Assembly (NCBI GenBank): GCA_951406725.2
Contig: OX597823.1
Coordinates: 65,410,001 to 65,474,000, forward strand
Source: Octopus vulgaris
Lineage: Eukaryota
Direction of reading: 5' to 3'
Length of the DNA stretch: 64,000 nucleotides
The position numbers and the translations under genes are program-made. The notes under the pieces were generated by a model. It searched no databases, was not told the DNA's origin, and saw only the letters and a program-made list of their open reading frames with translations. This document shows, one piece after another, positions 53,101 through 64,000 of this stretch. The first letter of the stretch is position 1, and each line of letters starts with the position of its first letter.

Positions 53101-54424
53101 TATATGTGCGTGTGTGTTTGTATATGTGTTTCTGATATGTGAATATTTGTAGTTATAAAATTCCATATATGAAAACGAATATATTATAAGCGATTGTCTG
53201 GATAACCTGCAAATTATACAGAAAGGGACATGACATTGTCAAGAATAAAAGTATTGCTTCGGAAATCAAACTCTCGCTAAAAATGCAGTTATATCGACAA
53301 TCAGTATAAACATTTTTAATATAAAATTCGAGCCAAAATGAGAGCTTCTATGCTTTTATTGAACGTGCTATAAATATCATTCAAATGTCCTCTCAGTCAG
53401 GTCCTGCAATTTTGAAAACGAAAGAATGCAATAAGTACATGTGGTTCGAGATAAAGAAAAGACAGAATGTTCATTTATAGAACACGTATTGTCATTTAAC
53501 TTGCTCGATCAAGGCAGAACTGAGAGAAAACACCAACGAGGATGAGGATAACAATAAATCTCAAGGAACGTCTGCAATAAATGTTACATATTTGGTGACT
53601 TCAGGAAATTTTAAATCTCAGAAAAAAATGAAAAAAAAAACAGAAAAAAGAAAATATCAAATAAAGGATTCTAACATTAATAAGAAATCCAGTAAATAAG
53701 TATTTCGAATGAAGAAATTTGAATCAAATCATTGAAAATTGTATGTCGAAGACTGAGTGATAAGAAAGAGGGTTGCAAAAATATTTTCTTTAATTTGCTC
53801 TTCCTCCAAGAAACATCAGTCAACATCTGTTACAAGCTGTAAACTATCAATGTAATATTTGTATAATCATAATATATAATGTAGTCCTAGCAATGATTTG
53901 TACATCAGAATTAAGTACTTGACGATTATAACAAGAATATGTTTGATGGCTTGCTCGGCCATGACTGACCAAGGGTTGTATAAAGAAAATAATACAAATG
54001 TCAGAAACATAACAATGGAAGAAGCTTAGATAATATCATTTGGAAATTCAATAGAACTGGAAGCCTGCCAATGCAATAATTAAACGGAATTTACAAGAAG
54101 GAAGATGAAAAGAAAATTTTAAAAAAATTGGAAACTTATCTGAATTTCTAAAAATGAGACAGAGTTGTTGGGTCAAGCTTAAAATACACAGGTCAACATA
54201 TTAACAGCAGCAAGTGGTATTTTCTAAGGAGAACGTAGTTTTCATGGTATATCACAAAGCTGTTACCAAGGAGAACTTGTAGAGGATTGGACCAGACTGG
54301 AAGAGTTAATGTCTGAACTTATGGACAGTCCTTAGAAACATATGCTGTATAATTTATGCAAATATCATAAATGATGTTAACGACATTGCTGTACCACATT
54401 AATATAATTCAATCATTGATACAT

Positions 54425-54467
<43 letters not shown>

Positions 54468-55014
54468 CGTGTGTATGTATGTGTGTATGTGAGTCAGAAT
54501 ATGTGTGTGTGTGTATGAATTAATTATTAAAGGATTTATATTTTAAGTGGTGTAGATCTAAGAATAACAGATGATACTACTCATAGCATAATTCATTTTT
54601 CTTATATTACTTTTCGTTACACACAAAACAAGGTTCTTTTACTGCAAACCTAATGAGGAATTAATTCATGTCTATAAGAATTCCCATGACCCACCCATTG
54701 TTCTCAGAAAATTAATTTCTAATATTAGATAGGGACTTAATCTTCCCTATTCCCGGATGAAAGCACATTACTTAGAATCTCTAAGTAATATAAAGAGCCA
54801 TAACGTAATATATATGCATATGTATAATACACATACATATATAAATAATTAGCACATCAATGATTCCCGAAATAAGAAAAAGTATTGTATATGCATAATA
54901 GAGAGCCGGTGTAGATAAAAGACCAATGTCTCAGAAAGTACCAAAATAATATACCGTATTGTAACATGTATAAGGAACACTCTGCAGGATGCCACACGAG
55001 CAGGAGAACCTAGC

Positions 55015-55265
55015 CATGGGTGTTAGACAATTTCTGCGACCACATCACCCCTAACATCTGGCCACCTAACTCTCCAGACTCCAACCCCATCTATTATCTG
55101 TGGGGCGCAGTTCAGCGGGATACCAACGAAAGTCAAGTTTTATGGCAGCATTCGCCAACTTAAAAAAGGAGACTGTCCAGAAGAGTTGCAGGAGATTCAT
55201 AAGTCATCTGGAGGCCGTGGTTGAAGCCAATGGCAATTTCTTTGAATACATTTATTCTTCAGTTT
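55015..55265 (+). mobile_element. Tc1/maT-like transposase C-terminal relic
   Basis: IWPPNSPDSNPIY.LWGAV, CRRFISHLEAVVEANGNFFE. Confidence 0.8.
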
Positions 55266-55379
55266 TTCAAGATATTTTTACATAAGTATGGTAAATATAT
55301 CTCTTAAAATGAGATGTCAGCGTAATTTTTAAATTTTTATTCTGCATAATTTAACCAACTGTATATTCACCGTAGCCTG

Positions 55380-55461
<82 letters not shown>

Positions 55462-55514
55462 ATATATATATTTACATGTATATATTTATCTATCTATCTA
55501 TCTATCTATCTATG

Positions 55515-55553
<39 letters not shown>

Positions 55554-55616
55554 TTCTCCCTCTCTAGCTATTTACGTCCTTGGTTTTTTATCTTATTCTG
55601 TCTTATTTATCTTATT

Positions 55617-55668
<52 letters not shown>

Positions 55669-55901
55669 TATATAGAGAGAGAGAGAGGTAATAAGAGGTA
55701 ATGGTGTCATTGAGACCCAAAGATGTCAGGTAATGCTGAATAAGTGCTTTGGATAGACCATAGTTAAATTCCAGGTTCGGTGGTTATGCGAATAGGGGGT
55801 TCAACGTTGGTCATACGTCAGCGTGTGTATATAAAACTTGTTTTTCGTAATGACATAAAAGACCAAGGGCGTGAAATTTTTGAACTTTTAAAGATAGTAG
55901 G

Positions 55902-55947
55902 TCTTACGGCTGTTTCTAGTATATTTATTATATCCCTTCATCGGAGA
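55902..55947 (-). ncRNA. Hammerhead motif, CCGATGA core variant
   Basis: TCT-CCGATGA-A-GGGATAT aataa ATATACT-A-GAAA-CAGCCG-TA-AGA. Confidence 0.6.
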
Positions 55948-56099
55948 AGGTGTGAGAGGATGGTTAAGTAATAACTAATTTAGATAAGATACAAATTAGA
56001 GATTGAGGTAGAGGAAAGAAAATCTGTGTGATATTTTATATTTTCTGTCCTCTACCTCACTGTCTAAATTAACTATTACTTAACCATCCTCTCACATCT

Positions 56100-56145
56100 T
56101 CCCCGATGAAGAGGTATTATAAATATCCTGGAAACAGCTGTAGGA
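56100..56145 (+). ncRNA. Hammerhead motif, CCGATGA core variant
   Basis: TCC-CCGATGA-A-GAGGTAT tataa ATATCCT-G-GAAA-CAGCTG-TA-GGA. Confidence 0.65.
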
Positions 56146-56232
56146 CATATCTATAAATGTTCTAAAATCTTCACAGCCTTGGTTATTTATCTCATCACGA
56201 AAACATTTTTTATGTATATATATATATATATT

Positions 56233-56308
<76 letters not shown>

Positions 56309-56768
56309 CAAAAAAGCAACAAGAATGGATTAGTAGTTTAGTACAATTGTTTCATACTAAGAACAATTTTATTTGAAGCTGCAAATATTGCAGCAAATAC
56401 AAATAAAATATAGATATATATAGATATATAGATATATAGATATATAGATGAACTCAAAAGAGTTGTCTCCCCTTACTCACAACACAGGAACTGAAGAACC
56501 AGGACCACAATTACTACTACTTCCTGTCCTGCAACATGCTGTATTTAACAACACAACACATCACATGCTCTTAATCCCTTTGGATCTTAACACCTGAAGG
56601 TAATTTTTTGGTAAACAACCATCAAACTCAAGATACACAACGAACTCACAATGTATCGGAGAACATATTTTTTAATTTTTGTACATTTTTATCATTATTC
56701 TTTTACAAAAAACATTGCAATTTTCTTTTTTTCCCTTTCTAATTTTTAAAAAAACTTCTTAAAACATA

Positions 56769-56813
56769 AATATTCTTGACAAGTCATACATTGACGAAAA
56801 CCGGTTGAATATA
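56769..56813 (+). ncRNA. Degenerate hammerhead motif within a PLE-like segment (~56450-56905)
   Basis: ATATTC-TTGACAA-GTCA tacat TGAC-GAAA-aCCGG-TT-GAATAT. Confidence 0.55.
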
Positions 56814-56903
56814 TATATATTTATATATTTTATCATTTTCTCATTTTATTAAAATTTTCTTTCATTTGAGCATTCTGCATTTTTAAAAAATTTTTTCCTT
56901 ACT

Positions 56904-56962
<59 letters not shown>

Positions 56963-57124
56963 TAAAACAAAGTAGCAAGTTAACAAATTTCAGTAACAAG
57001 TTAACAACTATACTGAGAAGTATTGTTTTTCAAACCTCCACCTCAACATGGCTGTTCCTTAGGAACCAACATTACTACTGCTTTTAACACCAGGAGGACG
57101 CTTCCGGATGCATATATACATGCA

Positions 57125-57163
<39 letters not shown>

Positions 57164-58517
57164 GTACACGCACATACATGCATACATATATATATATATA
57201 CATATGTTACGATAAAATTTTATCTCTTGGACATAGAGTTACCCAAGTTATACATAACATTCGCAAGAAAACGTTTTAACAATTATTAAGTGTGAAACTT
57301 TCCTTGTGCTCAAATAAAATAAAATGTTTCTTGCAATTGTAAGTCTTAGAGTTTGGGTCTAAATTATATGGACTTTCCTTGAAGTGCCATGTCGTAAAAT
57401 GCTCACTTGCTGTATAAATTTGTTTCGACCAGATTAGATTCTTTCAAGCATAATTCCTCTTTTTGCGCGTGCCTAAAAATGTTTATTCCTGTAAGATCGA
57501 AGCTTGAAATTCTTCTCAGTCACTCTGGTTTAAGTATTAAATACATAGTCGAGTTTCTACACGGTAACACAAAATAAATAATGATTTCGAAAAGTAATTA
57601 CCGTTAAGTAGCTAGTTCTGCAGGGTGATACAGTTAAAGATTAGAAAATGTCTCTTCTGTATTGATTTTTGTTCCCTTTTTTTGGGGTGGGGGAAGCCTT
57701 ATTCGATTGCAGTGGTTAATGGAGCAAGTGAAATTGATACAGCAAGAATGGCTAATTCTGGTATTTCAATATAAATAGTTTGGCGGGTAGAGAGAATAAA
57801 TTAAATTAAGTAATTCTTCCACAATATATATTCTTAGACTTAAACTTTAAATTGGATTATATCAAAGAATAGAGCAATGTCTATTCTGATTCTTTGGGGA
57901 TTGTAGGGAGTGGAATATTGAATTTAGTTTACAAAGCTGCTATTAAGTAAAGCCTCATTATGTTACTGTAAGATTGTAAGAAATGTGCTTTCATCCGGGA
58001 ATAGTGAAGTTTGAGGCATTTCCAATATTAGAAATTAAATTTCTCACCACAATGGTGGTTCTGGTGGGGGTCATTGGAATTCTTATGGATAAGAATTAAT
58101 TTCTCACTAGGAATGCAATGAGAGCAACACTCATTCGTGTGCAACGAAAAGTAGCATAACAAAAATGGTTCTTTATTGTGATAAGTATCAGCTGTTATTC
58201 TTATATCTACATCATTTAAACATTATATACGTCATTTTATAAGTCATTGCTTATTACTTCTGCAAACGTTTTACATTCAAAGCAGAATTATTTACAGACT
58301 GATTTTCATATAATAGGGACTGATTTTAAAATGTATTAGTAGTATAGTAGTATACATATAGATATAGTAGTATAGATAGAGATATTAGTAGTATAGATAT
58401 AGATAATATTCTATTGTATTTGCTTTTGTTTTGTCCCCAAAGAGATATTCGTATACACACACACACTCACACGCACGGACACACACATATATTTATACAT
58501 ATATGTGTGTGCGTGTA

Positions 58518-58593
<76 letters not shown>

Positions 58594-58674
58594 TGTACAT
58601 TTATATATATGTATATATATATGATATAACATAATATTATATTACGTTATGTACACCTCAATTATTAGCAGATC

Positions 58675-59199
58675 CCTATGACTAGAAACCCGAAGGCATC
58701 ATCGAAAATGATAATGCTAAGATCCTGTGGGATGTTATGATTCAGTGCGACCATGAGGTAGAGAGAATAAGAAGCCAGACATAGTGTTAATTGAGAAAGT
58801 AAGTAAACTATGTTTGATCATAGATATAGCATGCCCACCTTGACAACAAAGTTTGCGATAAAGAAGGAAGAAAAGTCACTAGATATGACAGGTTAGCTTG
58901 AGAGTTTAAGCAGTTGTGTTTGATGAAAAACGTGGTAGTAGTACCAATAATTGTCGGAGCCCTGGGAACAGTGAGTAAAAATCTCGAGAAGTCCATGGAA
59001 CAAATAGGGGCTGCAATAAGGGTGGAGCACTTGTACAAAACAGCACTGCTTAGAACCACTCGAATACTCCGGGAGGTGCTCGAAAATAAGAGGTATTACC
59101 TGAGTTCACTGGTAGTGAACAGCCCTACACCGTAGTGCATCTGCAGTGTTAGAAGCTGTGGAAAGTGTCACTTTGATGCTGGGAGCTGCTGTGTCACTC
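58675..59199 (+). mobile_element. 3' end of an R4/Dong-like LINE (same family as 8128-9788), ending in (TAA)n
   Basis: KILWDVMIQCDH, KPDIVLIEK, LIIDIACP, VPIIVGALGTVSKNLEK. Confidence 0.85.
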
Positions 59200-59348
59200 A
59201 ATAATAATAATAATGATGATGATGATAATGATGATGATGATAATGATGATGATAAGATTAATAGTAATAATAATGATGATAATAAGATTAATTATAATAA
59301 TGATAATAATAATAAGATTAATAATAATAATGATAATAATAATAATAT

Positions 59349-59383
<35 letters not shown>

Positions 59384-59460
59384 TTAATAATAATAGTTAT
59401 AATAATGATGGTGATGATGATGATGATGATGATAACAACAACAACAATAATAATGACAAT
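59200..59460. repeat. Degenerate (TAA)/(TGA)n microsatellite
   Basis: Direct reading. Confidence 0.9.
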
Positions 59461-61679
59461 AGCAGGATTATCAAAATATTAATACTTATAGTTATTGTAA
59501 TTATAACGATTTGTTGTTTACGAGAAAACAAACATTACAGAGGGCGCAAAGGTGAAACAAGAGCGAAAACACCAGGCAAGTAAAAGAAGGTTGCATGAAG
59601 ATAAATGGTAACATTAATAAAAATAAGACACGGTAAGTAGCCCCCACCCAAAAAATAATAAATAATATAAAATAAAAATAAAATAAACCTGAAAATTGTG
59701 CCACAAAACTGGAAACGAATTTGTTATGCTTATTTCAAGGCACATAATCCTGGATACCATCTACCATCTCGCGCACAAATATATGCACATGAAAAGTACG
59801 TTTCTGTTTTAGTTGCATAGCTTTACGGTTTTCTGTTTTCACCCTCATTTCACCACATGCACCTTTCGTATATATTACCAAAACAAGGTACCTCATAACA
59901 CTTTCGTGTTGAAATGATGCTCGATGGATTCGATGAGATCGTGGTTTGAGAAGGAACGTAATTTTCTATAGTTATTGCAATGCAACTTACGTAACCTGCG
60001 GCATCAAGCAACATAAGACTGCACTGCCTTTAAAAGTTGTTGGTTGTTGCCCCCGATACACCCGTCTTTAACTAATAACGATACGTTTGCTTTAAATAGT
60101 AATGCACATATTAGGAGTACACCTAGATGATTTCGCATCTACATGTTTTTACATGTTACCTTCTTTTACTTGATCAGCAAGAGTATTTGATTTGTGTATC
60201 TAACGTATCAAATGACTACTAATATGATCTTATAAATGTCTCTAGTGTTCTTGTCAGATTCAAACGGGGATTTTAGCAGATATTTCTAACATATCAAGTG
60301 ATTATGTAGGCGATTACATAATGATTTCTTTTTCGATCCCAGTACGAGTGTTTGGTTGCTATTTCTGTATTGAATGCAAGGTGCTGATTTTTCACTAGCT
60401 GCACTTTTCAAGTGGTAGAGTGTACTCAATATATATATAGCAAAAGTCGATCCTCAGTTTGCGTTTTTCACCCAAGACTGCAATTCATTGAAAAAGATAA
60501 GCTGTACAAAGACACACGAACACGAAGAGTATTTACAAATATTGTCACCGTTGTTTAAGTATATCTGAAGATATGATAAGCTCACCACATCTTTATGTAT
60601 CACTGATCACGATATGCTCAGATTAGTTGTGAGTAGATGCTGAAAAAAGACAGCCAGAGCAGAAAAAAGCGCACGTCTTCTAAACATAGTGAACGATATA
60701 CTTTCTAAACTGATCAGATATTTCATGAGACAAGCAATTCGCTCAGGGGGTAATAGGTATAAAAGGGCTCATGAATACATTAAAAAGTATGTATGAGAAT
60801 AACCCCACTGCATAAGATAACCTCAAACTTTTTCACCCGTGTTTGTGGTTGGTAGCACAACAATATACAAATAATAAGTGGATTTGTATAAACAATATTA
60901 ATTTGAGATTCTTTTTGTAAGCTTTAAAATTCGCTGAGGTTATCCCAAATAGTGCCATTATTACTGAACAGACTTAAGGAAAAGTGACTACATTTCATTC
61001 GCGGTAACAACAACTTTAATAACTGTACACATTGCTTTATTGATATATTAAACAGGATTGGATGCAGATGTTATAGTAAGAATATGAAACACCTTTCGTC
61101 TTCTGAAGATGACAAACAGTGAAAAATTCTAAGGCAGAGAAAACCTATAGTAATATTTGTGAAATTTGCATTAGAAGAAAAAATAAATACGTCGGAATGT
61201 ACACAAACATAGTTACATAAACTCACACACATACTCTCATATGCACACATTCTATATATATTCTAGATGACAATATCATAGAGACATGGTCAAGTCACTA
61301 TTTTTGCTGACATACTTCTCACACTCTTCTCTCTTTGTTAAAAATTGATCGATGCCATATAATTCCAAAACGTATCCGTTTAATTCCATTTTCTCTTATT
61401 AACTTTTGTTTACAAATTTCGTGATCATCAACTTGCTGTTACAGAAGGGCCCATAAAAATCTACTGATAAACAAGTTGTATAGTTGCAGAAATATAGATA
61501 AAATAATAATGGGTCAGGTTCATCTCTGCACTAATTAAACTGGTGGACATCAAAATATACTGAAGCTTCTTAGTAAAATGAAATCTAAATCTTTTCTTCA
61601 TACGTAGAAAATATCTCATGGAGGATCTCTTTGAAGAGATGTACGTCTACACATAACCGTCAAAAGAATCAAATGATAT

Positions 61680-61970
61680 GGTTTCAAAGTTTGCCACAAG
61701 GGCAGAGATTTCGAGGGAGGAGATGAGTGGATTACATCGACGCAGTGCTCAACTGGTACTTATTTTATAGACACCGAAAGGACGAAACCAAAGTCGCCCT
61801 CGGAACGTAGCGACGGGTGAAATACGGCAAAGCATTTCCTCCGGTGTGCTAACGATTCTCTCATCAAATAATCATACAGGCAACCCAGACACATATATGT
61901 GGGAAGCAGCTACGAAAGCAGGGTCAGGAAAAGAAAAACGCCATTTCACTGATTCTGCCAATAGACCATC
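61680..61970 (-). mobile_element. SINE family B interrupted by a 91-bp insert
   Basis: Matches 21538-21760; GATTCT at 61854-61859 and 61951-61956 flanks the insert. Confidence 0.7.
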
Positions 61971-62785
61971 TTTTAATGATAATTATGGTAATGTTGACTT
62001 ATTTAACAATTTTACAAAATATAATTGATGATGCTGACCTCGAAAATGTCAACGATGATTACGACTGTTACGATAATGACGACGAGTATGATTATTATGA
62101 GGTACAATATTTCTAAATTTAACTATCTAAACAGTTTAAATTATATTTGGCATCCGAAATGATTTTAACAAACTATTTGAAGGATATGATTTGAATGCAA
62201 TATTTATTCTTGCAAGTTTCCTCTCATTTATCTCAATTTATTTGTTGTATGTTTTTCTTCTATTTTTTAATGAATTCCGCATCTGCAAAATTAATTGAAC
62301 ATTTCAAGTTGTCTGGAAGATTCAGGGATAACTGAAGATTTTTGCTTTTATCGAACAGGAATGTCTTTCCTTCTATTTCATACAAACACGAAAAGTCACA
62401 CATTAAAACGTTCTGACACGCACACAGACACATAATATTAGACACACAAATGTACATATAGTGGCGTCAATGTTCCTTCCTACATTCTTCTTCTTTGTTA
62501 TATATTATATGATTTCTACAAGAAGTAAAAACCAAAAAATTCTCGACAGAAGTTAAATTTTTTATAAGTCGATCGATTTTCTGTGCGTGATGCCAGAATT
62601 TAGTCGTAACTGTTCTCTTAACTGTTTGCACAAACACACACACTGTTAATAAATACACGTGCAGAAGCACGGTAAGAACATAGACATTCCTTATTAATTA
62701 CAGAAACACATACTCACACACACAAACGCATATTTATAAAATTCATAAAGATAGATAAACAGACAGACAGACAAACAGACAGACA

Positions 62786-62836
<51 letters not shown>

Positions 62837-63509
62837 TTTGTTGATAGTCACTTCAAAGTTCTGCCCGAGAAATTCTCTGAAAATTGAAATACATTGTCAA
62901 TAAAGATATAATAAAATCTAGACACCATGCAAGTATTGAGTTCTTTCGATAGTCATAATGAAAACACATGCAACATTGGGGGTGTTGTCGTGCATATGTG
63001 AGTAGGTTTATATATGTATACATACATGCATGTAAGTATATATATATATATATACATACATATAGATAGATATATATAAATATATATGTATATATATATG
63101 TTTGTATGTATATATGCATATATATCTGTGTGTGTTCCTTTTTCTCTCTTTCCTTTCTTTCGTTCCCCCTCCTTGCTCAGTATATGAGAATTGCTACATA
63201 GATGAATTTTAGCTTGCGTGCGAGACGGTTTGCGTGAATATATGTACACATGCTTTTATGTGTATATTTAGATTCATATTCATACGTATGTATATGTATG
63301 TATGGCGTTTACGCGCATCCTTTTGTGTATGTTGATATATATATGTGGATTTTAATATAAATATGTATTGCAGTATTTATAACAGGTTTAATTTCTATGC
63401 ATTAATTTGTACTGTCTTCATTAACGGCAATAAGTTTTTTCCTCGGTTTTTTCCTCGGATTTTATAATTTTTATAATTTTTATAAGTTTTTTTATATATA
63501 TATACATAT

Positions 63510-63788
63510 ATTTTTGACCTTTTTTTTATCGCTCGAAGATTGACCGTTTTTTCTAAAGGGCCAATCAAACAAGTCCATTTCTTTTTAAAGGTGTAGCGTT
63601 TGTAAGAGTATAGATTGAATTAATATATAAGTTCCATTCTAGCAAAAACTGTCTGATGAACGGCAACGAGAAACTCAGAGTAACAGATTTTGTTGAATTT
63701 TCTGCTGCTTAAAATAAAGCATATTACTCTACCACTGGTATTTGAGTACTCTTTTTTCCACCTTGTTTCACATTTATGTGTTTACTCC

Positions 63789-63790
<2 letters not shown>
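63510..63790 (+). mobile_element. Short non-autonomous PLE-like / retrozyme-like unit between (TA)n tracts
   Basis: ~280 bp, no ORF, contains a well-formed hammerhead. Confidence 0.65.
63641..63694 (+). ncRNA. Minimal type-I hammerhead ribozyme motif, canonical core, GUA site
   Basis: AGCAAAA.A.CTGT-CTGATGA-A-CG gcaa CG-A-GAAA-CTCaGAG-TA-ACAG.A.TTTTGTT. Confidence 0.8.
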
Positions 63791-63839
<49 letters not shown>

Positions 63840-64000
63840 CGGTTAATTTTCTGGCAATAGATTTAGTGTAATAATAGCTAAACAAATTACCTGACCGCGA
63901 GTTAAGATAAACAAGAACGGCTGGTAAGAAAAAAAAGATCTGTTTTCATAAACGTTATCGAAGCAATTTCTAGAGAAAGCAACACACAGTAACCATTCAT

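Larger units (their letters stand above)
55861..56185. mobile_element. Fold-back of two divergent PLE-like hammerhead units
   Basis: Palindrome centred near 56030; TTACTTAACCATCCTCTCACA in both arms. Confidence 0.8.
54540..58225. repeat. Diverged ~250-bp inverted repeats (54540-54785 / 57970-58225)
   Basis: TAAGAATAACAG, ACTTTTCGTT, AATTTCTAATATT, CTATTCCCGGATGAAAGCACATT colinear in opposite orientation. Confidence 0.75.

Noticed and set aside
59985-60075. Possible minus-strand exon ending at GTAAGT
   Set aside because: Weak acceptor and no recognisable peptide
61097-61136. CTGAAGATGAC...GTGAAA hammerhead-like string
   Set aside because: Stem II incomplete and stem I only 3 weak pairs; could be chance

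Overview
AT-rich, microsatellite-saturated eukaryotic non-genic DNA. The SINE/LINE repertoire suggests an octopus-like cephalopod (inference). I found no convincing host protein-coding exon; most listed ORFs are translated microsatellites. The window is a mosaic of (i) R4/Dong-like restriction-endonuclease LINEs and a ~560-bp non-coding element, all inserted strand-specifically in (TAA)n, including an ~8.5-kb same-orientation array at 4.9-13.3 kb, (ii) Tx1/L1-like LINE pieces, two of them in (TATC)n, (iii) tRNA-headed SINEs, non-autonomous Helitrons, mariner/Tc1 relics and one tRNA-Phe(GAA) with an unusual U37, and (iv) many Penelope-like (PLE) elements and short PLE-like/retrozyme-like units. 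The main discovery is about eleven minimal type-I hammerhead ribozyme motifs with palindromic stem III, folded by eye. Four of them, in three sequence-unrelated contexts, share a non-canonical CCGANGA (U4C) core while their stems stay largely paired. One degenerate hammerhead lies downstream of a tRNA-derived Pol III head. Coordinates are hand-counted, and element edges may be off by several bases.
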